NCBI RefSeq assembly: GCF_009914755.1
Contig: NC_060940.1
Source: the human T2T-CHM13v2.0 reference genome, Homo sapiens
Direction: 5' to 3' (one strand)
Length of the DNA stretch: 64,000 nucleotides
Shown here: positions 1-21,110 of the stretch, piece by piece
Layout of the letters: every line of letters starts with the position of its first letter
How positions within the stretch are numbered: the first letter of the stretch is position 1
Program-made: the position numbers and the translations under genes
The notes under the pieces: model-generated
Databases searched by the model: none
What the model was told of the DNA's origin: nothing
What the model saw: the letters and a program-made list of their open reading frames with translations, nothing else

Positions 1-258
1 TACAGATTCTAAGCACGCAGCACAGGGCTTGTCACAAATTGGGCACTGGTTACCCAACAGAAGAGCACCAGCAAGCCAGAAGTGCCCTCACACTTGCTTC
101 CGGTCACTAACACCCCAGGAGGATAAACATTATCCTGACTTCTAACAACATGCTTTACTTGAAAATCCCAATCTCATATTAATAAACTCAGATTCTTCTA
201 TGCAGACAATTAACATACAATGTAAACCTTAAAATCTCTTCTATTTATAAATGTGTAA

Positions 259-577
<319 letters not shown>

Positions 578-1038
578 TTGAATAAAATATTTTTAAATGT
601 TGCTGCAGAAGAGAAAAACCCCCAAAACCAAAAGTCATAAACAGTAAGAAGAGACATCTAGGTGTGAAACTATCATCAATTATAAGTGCGTAAAACCTAC
701 AGAGTAAAAATAATAATAAAACAGATAGAGTAGAAGCTGAAATACTGATTCCAATGCTTCTTTAGCAAAAATGAGATACAGCTTCAATACTAACACAGAA
801 GCTAACATGTCAAGATGTCCCTTAAGTCTTATTTCAATTTGGTCTTTCACGGCTATTACAGAACCTCACCTACTAGGTGGAGTTCCTTTTTTGATCTTTG
901 ACTATAAACTATTTCAGTCAAACAAAAAAAGATATGCTAAAGAACACTTACATACCTTCTAACCAGCTAAAGAAATTTAAAAAAATACAATTCAAGATGC
1001 TGGCGTACCCCGAAGTCCCCCTCCTCCCTCTTTCTCTA

Positions 1039-1790
<752 letters not shown>

Positions 1791-2404
1791 GACTGTATCC
1801 ATAAATGATTATCACAAGTATTTAAAATCATATTTCCTTCAACTCTGTTTTTAAATGTAGTTACATTGATATATGTAGCTCTGGTTCATTCATTACTGCT
1901 GACATACAGCAGCCTATTGTATGATGGAACCCCAATCCATTCTTCTCTTAAAAGGCATTTAGGTTGTTTACAATATTTTGCTATTACAAACAAAGCTGCA
2001 ATAAACATTCTCATACATTCTCCTTGGTCACGCGTACCACAGTTTCTAGAATGTTTAGTATATTTACAGATTTCTGTTTCAGGCTGAAAAAAGAACAACA
2101 AATAAATCTCGTCAGGGCCTTCTGTTGTTGATTTAGTTTAAAATAGCTATAGTTAATAAAACAGATCTATTTCACAGCAGGAAGACAACACTGTCACCTA
2201 AAACTGAAACTAACACAAGCAACATCTGCTACAGTGAGGAGTTACACCTTATAAATAACTACCAAACTAAACAACAGCACCATTGGTTCTTCATCTAGTC
2301 CTGGAGGAACCATAAATTCTTTTCATATCCTAAATTGAAAAGCCCTACATTTGTCCCAAGACCAGCATATTATTGGCATGGCTATAGACGTAGCTGTCAC
2401 TCAC

Positions 2405-2477
2405 CTCTTTCAACGCCCAGGTTGGATGAGTTGCGAGGATTTCATAATCTCCAGGCAGAACTTTAAAAAATGCAAAC
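2405..2477 (-). CDS. NOMO2: NOMO exon 6 (FAFFKVLPGDYEILATHPTWALKE); gene continues beyond window start
   Basis: 73 nt, TAG acceptor, GTGAG donor; peptide visible in ORF 2345..2566. Confidence 0.95.
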
Positions 2478-4132
2478 CTAAGACATAAAAAATAACCATT
2501 TAACTTTCTCCAAACAACCCAAGTATTTCTAATTCTATGACTAATGTTGGCAGCACAAGAAAACAATGTTGGAATTATCGCAAACTTCCATTAGCTTGTT
2601 AAATGAGCATGAATGAAATTCAATCCTTCACTGTACAAATCTGCATAAAAGAGCGCTTATTGAGCACTTACTGTGTGTCAAGAGGGGTGCTCCATGTGCT
2701 GATCGGAAAGAGGAGTGCTTACGTCTCCCTTAATCTCAAGGATTTCTGGCATAAAACCAATCCTTGTAGCACAGCAGGGACCAGTCACAGAACATTCGAC
2801 TGTGTTTGACAGAGGTGACAGGCATGAACTGACAAGGAGAAGGGGACAGAAGTGTCCAAGGAAACACATGGGAAGGGAGAAGTGGGGTGAAAAAGAACAG
2901 AACAGATGCACAGGCTGAGGGGGACGCTGACCCAAGATGATGCAAATGACACAGGGCAGGGTAAACTATGACAAGCTTTGAATCCCAGAAAAAAGGCTTT
3001 AGAGAAACACAGATAAGTCATTCTGGGTTTTTGCACAAAGCAACTGAGATAAGAAACCAGCAGCTGATGAAAATTACTCTACTAGCCATAGACAGACTAA
3101 CACCAGAGTGAGCCGAGCTAAAGCTGGAAATGCTGCTGCCAGTATACTAACATGTTTATCCCTTCAAATTTGTAAGGCAACTGACAAATGAGAAGGCTAA
3201 GTCCGGTGAAATGAACTAGAAAATGCATTTGATTTCTTCTTCTGTGGTATTTTATTGTGTCAAATCTTGCCTGCAATAACTGGATAGGGCTTGGAAATCA
3301 CATTACTACAAGTATTGGTAAGATTGAGCTTCTATTTCATTTTCATAATAGCCCAGTGCTACATGTTTCATTGTTTCAGTTAGTGCAGATGAAAGGTATT
3401 CAGAAGGCTCAAGACACTATTTTTTTCTAGTAAGGTCAACACCAAATTACTAGCCCAGAAAAAAAATTACAGCTCCATATTCCTGCTACACACCAGGGCT
3501 GGAGAGGCACCAGTCAAGCAGAAGTAAATGTTATTTCAAAAATGAAAACTAGTTTCAACAATAATAACTTTAAAATTGAAAAACTTACTGACAGACTCAT
3601 TATAAACTTCTATTTTGCAATTTACTCAGTTTGTATATTAACGGAGTTAGTAATGATTTGAACGCTTTCGGAATTATCAGTTTGAACTATTCTGGTATTA
3701 ATCTTGGCATATCTGTTAACATTTACAACTCAACTATATACATCCATTAAATAAATGCTTTAAATCTGACTCAGCAAGGTCAGCTAGGCATCTGCTCCAA
3801 CTACAAAGCAGTTTTGATATAATAATGATAATGATTTTTTCTAATCATAACTGAGCTAACCTGTTTGAGCTAATATGCCAGGCAGCTTGAAGTAATAATA
3901 TTAATTTCATCTTTCCAGTACCTTAGGAGATAGGTTCCACAATTATCTTCATTTACAAAAGAGGAAACTGAGGCACAGAGGGGTTAAGGAACTTGCCCTA
4001 GGTCAACCAGCCAGCAAATGGGGGAGCTGGGATTCAAGCCCGGGCTGGCAGGCTCCAGAGCCAGGCTGAGCTGCTAAATGAAGACCCACTAAGCCCCAGG
4101 CCTTGAAGCAGGTGCTTTATGGGTATTAACTC

Positions 4133-4469
<337 letters not shown>

Positions 4470-4697
4470 TGAACTCATATTTAATCATCTCATCAATGCT
4501 AGGCAAGATGGGTCAAATGGATTCCATTTCACATGTGGGGAACTCAGCACTCTGACGGGCATGAACTCACCCAAAGTTAAGAGGCTGAATCAGGATCTGA
4601 ACCCAGAACTCCCTGAATCCAAACTCCCAAACCCAGCTCCATGACCCCTGTCAGAGCCCGGCTCTAAGGCAACACTAAGAGACAGGACGCTACTCAC

Positions 4698-4804
4698 TTT
4701 CCGCCAGGCTGTGTAACTGTGGACTGGATCTTTGCTTCGGTCCCAGTGTTTCTCAGAGACACCTGAACTCCCGCAGGACCCAGGGGCTGCCCTTTGCTGA
4801 GGAC
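4698..4804 (-). CDS. NOMO2: NOMO exon 5 (VLSKGQPLGPAGVQVSLRNTGTEAKIQSTVTQPGG/K)
   Basis: 107 nt, CAG acceptor, GTGAG donor, phase consistent. Confidence 0.95.
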
Positions 4805-5047
4805 CTGCCATGGAGAAGAAAGTTAGGGCCCACCCAGCAAAGCACCCTCCTCTCAAAGCACTGGCAGTCCTGCTTACAACTCCCAGGTGGAGCCCAGGAA
4901 CCCTCTTTGGGTCAAGAATCCCATTGAAAAGATGCTATAAATCATGGATATGTTTCCTGGGGATGAGGTAGGAGAGGGAACAGTAACAGTAAAATAAGAC
5001 TCTATTTCAATGAATCTAAGACATCATCAGTTATAGATTCACCATTA

Positions 5048-5577
<530 letters not shown>

Positions 5578-6051
5578 AGATTCACCATTATTTTGCAAAC
5601 CATCGATAAAGAAAAAACTACCCAAGATCCCCATCTCTAACAAGAAGCCCACACATACAGCTGGGATGGAAGGGCCTCCCCGTCACCGCAAAGGTAGAGG
5701 AGAAAGAAGTCCATCATGAAGAGAAGGACAGGAAGGAAGGAAGCACATCTCAACCTCAGGCACAGGGCGGGTGGAAGAGAAATGACTCTCCCCTGAGAAT
5801 CTGAATCGCGGGAGCTGGGCACACACCCGTTAGGACTCTAAATTCACACCACCGTGGCGGTCCAAAAAAATCTCAGAACTTAAATAATAGGAATCCTCCT
5901 AGGTAAGTGTCGGAAGCAGATGCACGCTCTCTCTGGGAGAAGCTGACTTCAATTCACCCACAGGGACAGCAAGATGCCACAAGGCTTAGAGAGTGCGTCC
6001 TTCCAATTCGGCATCCCTGTAAAAGGCCATCCCTGACATAAACGCTAACAG

Positions 6052-6384
<333 letters not shown>

Positions 6385-6614
6385 CTATGCTCTGGGAGCA
6401 GAGGGGATGACCAGCAACCTCAATCTCACTCCTAAATACACCTGCTGCGTTCTACACGGATGAAGTACAGAGTTCACAGGCTCACTTGCCACTTATCCAT
6501 GGGTCCCTTGTGGGATCAAAGTCCCCAGGTTAAAATATCCTGCATTTTTTTAAAAAAGGATTTAGTATACATTATAGAGTGAACAGGAAAAATAATCAAG
6601 TTCCAAAGACAAAC

Positions 6615-6715
6615 CTTGCCATTCACAGAGAACCCAGTGAAGACAAAGTTGATGTCCCCACCCTTTGTGCAGATGTCACTGACTCCATCCACATGGAGCT
6701 CCACGGTCGTCGGCT
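6615..6715 (-). CDS. NOMO2: NOMO exon 4 (EPTTVELHVDGVSDICTKGGDINFVFTGFSVNGK)
   Basis: 101 nt, AG/GT boundaries; peptide visible in ORF 6516..6764. Confidence 0.95.
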
Positions 6716-7644
6716 CTGAGGAACGAAGCAGGGGAGGAAACCGGGGCACAAGACACAAAGGCAAGCTTAGTTTTGGGGTACAGTGAACCTAAGTAGAACG
6801 TATTTTTATTATTCAGGTTTCATTTTACTTTTGAACACTTAATACACTCGTGTGTTTCCAAATCCAAAGGTACAAAAAAGTATTCTGGGAAAAGTCTCCC
6901 TCTCACCCCTATCCCCCTAGCCTCCTGGTTTCCTGCCCCAGAGGGAATTCGTGTTTAGAGTATAAAATAATTTTACAACGCCTTTCAGCTAAGTTATATC
7001 TCAGAGTTCCAGGGAAAATTCAGTGAGCACCAAATAATTTTATTTCCTGAATGCTCATCACCGACCAGGCACTGAGCTGAGTGCCTTTAATCCTCACAAT
7101 TATCTTAAGAGACAGGCAGTAATAGCTGCAATTTACTGAGGGGTAAATTAAGGCACAGAAAGGTTAAAGGAGCTCCCAAGATCACAGAGCTTCTGAGTGA
7201 CAGAGCCCCAGTTCAACCCTAAAAGTCTGGCTCTGGATCTGTTCTCTGACCAAGGACATGAGCTCAGCCATGTTAAACCAGGAACACAAACTCCAGGGCC
7301 ACAGGGGCCTCATGGGTTCGAAGTGAGCGGAGCATCCTCAGGGGGACTGTGGCAAATTGAAAGGAGACAACCGCCACTCAAGTCTGCCAACCACTACCAT
7401 GCTTTGCCAGAGCTTCCAACTTCTCCGAAAAACTGGAAATCTGGATTTTATATACCATCTCTTGATTTTTCAATATCAGCAATTAACTCCATTTTTTAAC
7501 TGAAGAGTTCATCATAATAGGGGTTAAGGTTGAGTTTTTGAAAGGTTAGGAAGAATATGGAGTAATGAGTAGAGAAAAAAATGGAAAACCATGAGATGAG
7601 ATTTTCAGTTAAGATGAATTACACACGTGCTTGCACGCGTACAT

Positions 7645-7645
<1 letters not shown>

Positions 7646-7675
<30 letters not shown>
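7646..7675. repeat. (CA)n microsatellite
   Basis: Direct reading. Confidence 0.9.
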
Positions 7676-8850
<1,175 letters not shown>

Positions 8851-9984
8851 CAACAGCACCAGTTGGGGGTAGGGTGGGGGGTGGCAAACACAACACTCCT
8901 CCAGGCCACCAATCTGGACTTCTGCTTTGGCCATGAGCAGGGCTGCATTCCTCTCCAGCTTTCTGGAACGTACCAGCCAGGCACCCCCCACCCTACCCCT
9001 GACTATAAACTGATAAAAGAGCTGCTCTCACAGAGCCAAATTAGCTGTCAGCTGCCTGAGCCTCATTTTAGCCTTGGCGATGGCAGGTGCTAAATTCTTC
9101 CTTGTCTAATGCACGAGCAAGCCTGATATCAACAACGGTGATCCCTACTCCTCTCCCCAAGCCATGGACTGGGGTCACCCACACCTGCTCTACTGAAACA
9201 TCAAGAGTCTCTCCTCTTCAAAAATGTAAACTACATCAAAACAGACCCTCTCTTCTGATCTCAACCCCATCCCCAACTCCCCAGCTATGCTTGAAGGCAG
9301 TTAGTTCTATGAGGAAAGTTTGGAGCTTTTGTTGGGATGTGTGCAGAAGGGCTGTTTCTGAATACTGAGTACTTGCTAATTACGTGCCAGCCCCTCTGAA
9401 CACTCAGTATTGGTTTATTAATCCTCCAAGTACCCAGTGGGGCAGGGACTATATCTACCCTTGCTCGACAGTGAGGAGCCAGGCTGACACGGGGGAAGTA
9501 ACTTGCCCAAAGTTATTTAACTGGTAAGGTATAAGGCTGACAGTCTTCTCATCTCATGGGACATAAATCTGGATTTTTATGACAAATCTCACAATCTTTA
9601 AATGTTTCAATTAATTCCATAAAAAATTAAAAAACTGAGAGGGCTAAAAAAGAAGCCATCCTGGGACGGGAACCAAGTCCCCACTCTTGATTTCTATACT
9701 GTTCCACGGCCACGTAATGAGTGAAACTGCAAGGGAAGAGTTTCCAGAAAGGTAGAAGAAAAGATGTCTATTTTTCAAAGGTGACAGAAAGTCTTAAGGT
9801 AGATTAAGGTAAATCCGAACTAAACCAGAGTGATGGGGGCAAGGAGGGGAGGAATACAAACCCTCTTCCATACTGGAAATGATCCTTAATATTTTAATAG
9901 TTTATGCACTCTGCTAGCCTAAATTAATATTCGGCATATCATCTAATCTTTTACAAAGAATGTCTAGTGATTCAGTTAACTTAC

Positions 9985-10030
9985 CAAAACTCCACCCTAG
10001 GGGAGGCTCAATCTTCAGAATGAAATCCCC
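9985..10030 (-). CDS. NOMO2: NOMO exon 3 (GDFILKIEPPLGWSF/E)
   Basis: 46 nt, AG/GT boundaries, continues the frame. Confidence 0.95.
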
Positions 10031-10425
10031 CTAAAAGGAAAAAAAGAAAATGTAATTTCAAGAAATGAGAATTGTGACTCTGGCTAAATTTAGTTTAGTG
10101 TTATCATTTAATCTAAAATTTTTTTACACCGGAAATGAAATTCTAAGAGTAAGCCTTGTTCTTCTACATGGTACTGAGCACTGATTCTCTTCAGAAGCTA
10201 CAAGCTGAAGCTGAACACCAGAAGTTTTCATCTAAACAATCAGAAGACAGTGCTGAAGCCCATTCATGAGTTCTAAAGACACTAGGTTCAGCCACTCACT
10301 GTCTTTTAATACTAAACATACTATAATTCTATTAATTGAGTCTCCCATTAAGCCCTCACATGCCTACAGTTGCACAAGTTAGCATGTATCTTCAGGAACT
10401 AAAGTCACCCCCTAAAACTAGATTT

Positions 10426-11126
<701 letters not shown>

Positions 11127-11321
11127 TAATTAAATAGATTTCAGGACAGACCCAGCTAGTCCATCTCTAGAAATCAGTCCTATGCATTCTGGATGAAGAG
11201 TTAAGTTCAAGAATATTTCCTGGTGTGTTATGTTAAAATTACTATTATTTTAAAATTGGGGAAAGTCTATATGTCCAAGTAGTTAAATAAATTACAGTTT
11301 GGGTTTGACTCTGACACACTA

Positions 11322-11618
<297 letters not shown>

Positions 11619-11798
11619 TCAAAAAAAAAAAAAAAAGTCAGTAGATCTATCTATGCTAATGTTGAAAGCATGCAAGAGGAAAAAACCAAATGTCCCTCTG
11701 GTATTGAAAGCATTAACACAGGGGAAAAAATGAAACTGCAGAATAAATCCTATTGTTTGATTTCATTTGTATTAAAAAATATATCAAAATCAAAACTA

Positions 11799-12155
<357 letters not shown>

Positions 12156-12524
12156 TTAGCTGGGTGTAGTGGCAGGTGCCTGTAATCCCAGCTATTCGGG
12201 AGGCCTAGGAAGGAAAATGGCTTGAACCTGGGGGGTGGAGGTTGGAGTGAGGCAAGATCACACCACTGCACTCCAGCCTGGGCGACAGAGCGAGACTCCA
12301 TCTCAAAAGAAGAAAAAAAAAACAACAAAAAAAACCTTTATCAGATTATCAGAGGTTATCACTACAGAGGGAGGTAAAATTGGAGGGAAAAGGGTACAAA
12401 TTTATTTCACATACTTCTAAAGACCTTGACTTTCTTTTTCACAAAGTTCATGAATTCATGTATTACTTGTACAATTGTTTTAACAATACTTTAAGCTGCT
12501 TGCAAGTAACGGGTTCCATGAAAT

Positions 12525-12700
12525 CAGGGTTTCTCAGCCCTGGCACTACTGACATCTGGGCTGTCGTAGGCAGCACTGTAGCGCATTTAGCTCCACGCCT
12601 GGCCACTACTCACTGGGTGACTGTAGCGCACAGCCACAGATGTCACAACAAAAACGTCTCTAGACATTGCCAAATGGCCCTAAACACAGAGAGAGCCACT
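12525..12700 (-). mobile_element. MER20-like DNA transposon fragment
   Basis: ...ACAAAAACGTCTCTAGACATTGCCAAATG matches recalled MER20 in reverse. Confidence 0.6.
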
Positions 12701-12879
12701 GTATTCGTCAAGGCAGTTTGTAAGTTGTCTCCCTCCAAATGTGACTAGGATTATCATATTCCACTAATAATTTACAAAACAGATGAGCATTTGCTAGTGT
12801 AGGAAAGGGCATGGTTAATGCAGCCTGGTGAGGCACACTAGTGACTTCCCATCATAAGTGACAAGCAGTCCCCTCTTAC

Positions 12880-12969
12880 CTTATCATACAAAGGGATCAT
12901 AAAGTAACCATTATTAGGGGCACAGTCTGTCTGGTATTTCAAAGTCCCATGCTTGGTGTACAGCTTTAT
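12880..12969 (-). CDS. NOMO2: NOMO exon 2 (IKLYTKHGTLKYQTDCAPNNGYFMIPLYDK)
   Basis: 90 nt, AG acceptor at 12971-12970, GTAAG donor, in frame with exon 1. Confidence 0.95.
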
Positions 12970-13385
12970 CTGGAAAGGAAGGAAGGAAAACAGAAATCAT
13001 AACATTGCCTTTGGGAATTAACTACACATGTTACACCTGAATGCACTCAGTCAGTATACATTCACTGAGGACCTACTATATACCAGCTTTTAACACGGGG
13101 CATTACTGGGGACAGAGGGAAATCAACAAACTCTCTCCCAAATCATGTGACTCAATGTTTTTCAGATTAGAAACCACCTACAGCCTATTACAATGCCTTA
13201 TTTTTCAATGCTTTCCTGTTTATTTTAGTGGCTGTCTCTAGGTTGCTCGTGTAAGTTTCCGGGTCTAAAACAAATTTGCAAACTTTGCCATTAGTAAGGT
13301 GCTTATTAACATGCAAATTCCTGGCTGGGCACGGTGGCTCATGCCAGTACTCCCAGCACTTCAGGAGGCTGAGGTGGGCAGATCA

Positions 13386-13676
<291 letters not shown>

Positions 13677-16600
13677 CTAAAGGTCTGTAATGAGGGCCAG
13701 AAATCTTCCTTACTAACTCTGAATAATTTCAAATACTTGGAGCAACATTCATCTAGAAACTTAATTTTCTCATTACTTTCATTCTCTGAAGAAAAAGAGA
13801 CTAAAAAGACATTTAATATCTGTCCTCTCTTCAAGGACTCTCTAAAACTCTTACATTCTGAGCATTACCAGACACGAAGTGTTAACCCAGTAAGATGCCC
13901 AAATGCCATCTGAGTCTTCCACGTGTTGTGTGGCCTTGGGCAAGCTCGTGTTCGGTTTCTTCAGGTGTAGACACAGAGCCGCTCCTTTTCATGTGGTTGT
14001 ACAGATTCACATCAATGCATATTAAGCACCTGCTACAGAATATGGATTCAAAGAAAAATCAGTTTGCGGCCAGGCATGGTGGCTCATGCCTGTAATCCCA
14101 GCACTTTGGGAGGCCAAAGAAGGAGGATCACCTGAGCCCAGGAGACCAGCCTGGACAACACAGCCACACCTCATCCCTACTAGAAAAAAAATTAGCTAGG
14201 CATGATGGCACGTGCCTGTAGCCTCAGCTACTCAGGAGGCCGAGGCAGGAGGACTGCTTGAGGCCAGGAGTCAGAGGCTTTGGTGAGCTATGATGGTGCC
14301 ACTATACTCCAGCCTGAGCAACAGTGTGAGACCCTGCCTCAAAATAAAACAAAATAAAATAAGTAAAATGGAAAAAGCAGTTTGTATTACTGTTTAATAT
14401 CTCTCTCTGAAGAAAAAGGCAACACAGTGTAATACGTAGGGAACATACTGGGCTCAAGGAAAATTTCCTAAATGTACCTGCACAGCTCAACCACTCTGAG
14501 GCTCAGTTTCCATGTCTGTAAAAGGAAGCAGTTGGGTCTGATGCACCTAAAAGCCTCACCTCCAAAATGTTAATGCTCTATGACCATGAAACAAACCATG
14601 ACACGAGCCGCAATGAAACAGTCGAATCTTACCAGCTAAGAAGATGTACAAAGTGACTAACTCATAAAACGAACATTTGAACATTTGGGAAAGGACTCGT
14701 GTGAAATAAGGTTAAGCCTGTATGTAAAGTTCTCTGAGGTCAGTGACCACAACTTCATTCCCCAGTGCCTGAGACAGTGTCTTGCTTACTCTAGGTACTC
14801 AGTGAATTTGCTACAGGTGACAAAGAGATTCAGATGCATGCATTTAGTGCAGGGACTGGAAATTCACCAGCCTAGACCGGTTAGGGAGGCAACATCAAGG
14901 GACATTCATCCAAAAGGATTCAGATCACTACAAAACCCAAGCCAAGGGTGGCAGCCTAAAGATCGGCTGGTTTTCCAGAGAAATAAAGAACCCAGTTTTT
15001 AATGTGAAACCTGCTGATTGTTAAAGTATTAGCAACCAGTATAATTTTTTTTTTTTAACAGTAAGGTCCCTGTTAGAGAACAAAATGTCAGTCTCATGAG
15101 AGTATGGAGTTTTGTCTGTTCTGTTCACTGTACTGCTATATCCACACTGGGGACAAGGCTTCAGTATGTGCCGGGGCTCAGTAAATAGTTGTTGACTCAA
15201 TGAACACGATGTAAAAACACTCAGGATGGGAGAAAGCTAGAGAAGAATGGCGGCAGTTGCATAGGAACACAAAAAACACAATCAAGAAATAACCGTGAAA
15301 TATCATGATTATTTCTACATCTTTCATAAAGTACAATCAGGACACAGGATGGCAATGTAATCTACATCAAGATGGCCAGTATGAAATGTCTGATTTCAGA
15401 ATCTGAATTACTTACGAAAGAATGAGTGTCCCACACCATCTGGACAGGCAGCCCTTGGGCTTAAGGAACACACTTTGAAATGGGTCACAAAACCTGTTCT
15501 CTGCTCTCAAGGTCACTATTAGTATGAGGGTGAGGGTGGAGGGGGGTGCCTGTCTTTTCCTTCCTTCCAGAACCCCTGGAAACTACAAGTTGCAAGAGGC
15601 CTTACTGGCCTCTTGCATTTCAGCTTCTGAAATGCCCTGTGCCGTCTACAGCCATACCACCCTGAACGTGTCCTGTCCCCAGTGCAGACCTAGGAGGTGG
15701 CATGGGCACCCAGAAACATGTACCCAGGAAATCCTAGGAGCCCTGCCGCTGCCAGTGGGTATTCATTCAATGCCTGACCTCTGACCTCTTCAGCCTGAAA
15801 AAGCAGCAAACAACGGGGCCTTGAAGAAGATCACGGATCCGCTTGTTAAAGAAATGTATCTGCTGGGTTCCACTGTTTCTCTCCCAACACCATCCTATAG
15901 GTACAAAAACTGAAACCTAGAGCAAGGGCAGGTCGCAGAGCTGATGGGGTGTGGAACTGACTCCCTACCCCTCCCCCAATCCTCAGCAGCCCGCTTTGCA
16001 GAACACAGAGCTTCACCCTTCACTGCCAGCCCTGGAACAGCTCAAAGGTGCTTTCAGACGATCTTTGGGGTCTTATTCCCCAATCCCTCTCTTTGGCATT
16101 TCCCAGCCTCTTCCTTCGTTTTCTCCTAAATTACCTCCGAGGCACCCGCTCTTTTCCTCTTCCTTGTCCTACCCCACCATAAATCCCCGCCCAAAAATGA
16201 GGCCCAGGCCTTGCTCTGGTCCCCTCCCATCTACCGGGACAAATGACATTCTGCCCCTACCTCCATCCATCCCTTTCCTCTTTACGGGAACCTTTCTGGG
16301 TCATAATCCCACCGGGCTGATAAACATTTAACAGGACTTTACAACTTAATTAAAAAAAAAAAAAAAAAAAAACACAAAAAAAAAAAAACCTTTACAAATC
16401 TCTAGGGTAATTCCATTAACTACTCATTAAGGCAATCAGGGCAGCTGGCAACTCTCCATTTTCAGAAGTGGAGGGGAGCCGGAGAAATAAAAAATAGCTT
16501 TCCGGCCCTAGGGTTGCCAATACTGATCTACTAGGTCAGAATCTATGGGATGGGAATTGATGCTCTTTAAAATCATGCCGCGGGGTTTGGAGGAGCAGTG

Positions 16601-16889
16601 GATTAGAACTTCGGGGGGTTCTGGGCTGTGGAGTTTGGGGGATAAGACATGTGGTCTCTAGGTTCTGGAATGTGGGTTTGGGGAAATCTGAGTTTCAGGG
16701 GGTCTGATTCGAGGAGATCTCAGGTCTAAGTTTTAAAGAAATGGAGTCTGGGCTCCAGGGAATTTAGGGTCTGGGTTTTGAGGATCTGGGGTCTGTGTTC
16801 CGCGGATCTGGAGTCGGGGTTTTGAAGAACCTGAGGTCTGGCACCCCTCAGTCCTTAGACGACCCCATGATAAGAACCTCCCCTCCAGC

Positions 16890-17480
16890 GCGACTGGGGA
16901 GGGGCTGCAGGGAGCCCGCGGACAGCATAGCCTCGGAAGAGGTAAGGGCTCCAAGGACTCCACACCGCCCGGTGTCAGAGACGAGGCCAGCGCGGCCCAG
17001 AGAGGCTGAACCACCGGCCCGGCGACTCGGCGCCGGGCGGCGGGGCGGGCGCTCACCTCGATGAGCGAGTAGTTGATCTCCACGTCCGACTTGACGAAGC
17101 CACCGCAGCCCACCACGATGTCCTCCGAGCCGTGCGCCGGCCCCACGCCGCTCAGCAGCAGCACCACCGCGGCGGTGACCACCGCGGGCCCCAGCAGCCC
17201 CGCGCCCTGGCCCACCAGCATGGCCCGACCTCCCCCAGCTAGACCCACCGCCGGCAGCCGGGTCCCGCCCCTCACACTGCACGCCGCAGGCTCCTTCCTC
17301 CTCCTAGGCCGGCTGACAGCCCAGGCCCCGCCCCACCGCCGCCGCCAGAGCCGCCGCGCACGCGCGCTTCGACGCCACGTTCACAGCCCCAGAAGAGAGA
17401 ACTAAGGCGCATGCTCGGCAAGGAAACGAGACCATCTCTGCCTTCTAGAGGCCTGGAGGACTCCGCGCGACATCTGGCAG
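16890..17480 (-). promoter_or_regulatory. CpG island / TATA-less promoter of NOMO
   Basis: High GC and CpG density around exon 1; GC box (GGCCCCGCCCC ~17324-17334); NRF1-like GCGCACGCGCG (~17356) and GCGCATGC (~17408). Confidence 0.8.
17057..17221 (-). CDS. NOMO2: NOMO coding exon 1 (signal peptide + N-terminus, MLVGQGAGLLGPAVV...YSLIE)
   Basis: ATG at 17221-17219, 55 codons, then GTGAG donor at 17056. Matches the recalled NOMO N-terminus. Paralogue assigned from adjacency to the 9-exon ABCC6 pseudogene. Confidence 0.93.
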
Positions 17481-17586
17481 GTGCAACGCAAGGTGCATGC
17501 CTACAGGGAGAAGCTCCAAAGATGAATTCTACTTTAGAATTCACCATCACAGCTGGAAAGGACGGGAGATTTTGTTGGTGGAATTA

Positions 17587-17904
<318 letters not shown>

Positions 17905-18165
17905 TTAATGTTAGCATATTAAAGAAAGTATGTAAGATTTATTTTAATCCTAGCTCTAATAACATATGCCTAGAAACAAATTTTGATGAGTTTTCTTCCC
18001 CTAAGCAAGAAGTGCATGCAGTCAGTATACTTTGAATTAGCTCTGCAAGATGAAACATGATTTGCCTGAAAACAAGCTCAAATCCAGCATATTTTGTCCC
18101 AAGAGTGAATTCATATGTACACTGAATTTAACTACCAGTCACCACATCAAAATACACACCAAAGA

Positions 18166-18465
18166 GGCCGGGCACAGTGGCTCACGCCTGTAATCCCAGC
18201 ACTTTGGGAGGCCAAGGCTGGCAGATCATGAGGCCACGAGATCAAGACCATCCTGGCTAACACAGTGAAACCCCGTCTCTACTAAAAATATAAACACTTA
18301 GCCGGGCGTGGTGGCGGGCGCCTGTAGTACCAGCTACTCGGGAGGCTGAGGCAGGAGAATGGCGTGAACCTGGGAGGCGGAGCTTGCGGTTAGCCGAGAT
18401 CGCACCACTGCACTCCAGCCTGGGCGACAGAGCAAGACTCTGTCTCAAAAAAATAAATAAATAAA
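18166..18465 (+). mobile_element. AluY
   Basis: Diagnostic ATGGCGTGAACC...GGAGCTTGC and ATCCTGGCTAACAC; CpG-rich. Confidence 0.85.
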
Positions 18466-19096
18466 ATTTAAAAAACACCAAAAAATTGCTTTTCTAACCT
18501 AATATTAGGATTTCTTCCATTTTGTCTCAAAAAAAAAAAAGCTAGTGCTTTATTTTGATAGGTTTTGTATTTTGTTTCCAAATGACAAAGTAAGACTGAA
18601 TTTCCCGCTGCAATTTGCCGTTGTGGCTAAAACTTAAGCAATAAACAACTAAGAAGCACAGGTTCAAACCATACAGTAGTCAAACCTTCATGGGGGCAAG
18701 GAGGGAATGAAGGGAATGACACATTGACCTCAGGGTCATAATCATGAGTGCATCTGATTTCAGCTTCTCTTGCTGCATTTTCACTCAAATACAGTAGACT
18801 CTCAACTATTCAGTGATAATGAGAAACCATTTAAATAATTCGTCTATTTATTGGGGTTTGTTATTTATAACCACAATTGAAATAGATGCCTTTTATGCAA
18901 ATCACCAGAGGATTGAAAGCCACCAATTAGAAAGTGTAGGCCTATGGAAACCTCTCATCTTACAGAATGGGAAACTGAGGCCCAGAGAGGAAAAGGAAGT
19001 TGTCTAAGACTCTGCATGCAGCCATAGGTTTTCCCGGAGCTAGAGAGCAGGAATTGGGGCCAGAAGCCGTGGCTTACTACTGTAATATGAACATGT

Positions 19097-20908
<1,812 letters not shown>

Positions 20909-21110
20909 TGCAATGGCATTTTAAACCACTGGTTAGTAACCCATGGCCTCAATTATAACAGTAACAATAAAAGCTAAGTCTTCTGAGCATTTAATGTATA
21001 TCTGGCAGTGTGCTAAACGCTTGCATAATCTCACTAAGTTCTCCCCACCACTCCACGGGTAGACAGTGTCCATTCCAGCAGTGAGGGGACTGTGACGTGG
21101 TCTCCATCCT

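Noticed and set aside
16733-17275. 180-aa ORF as a single-exon protein or N-terminal NOMO extension
   Set aside because: It starts at a non-ATG codon upstream of the true ATG and reads through the exon-1 donor into GC-rich intron.
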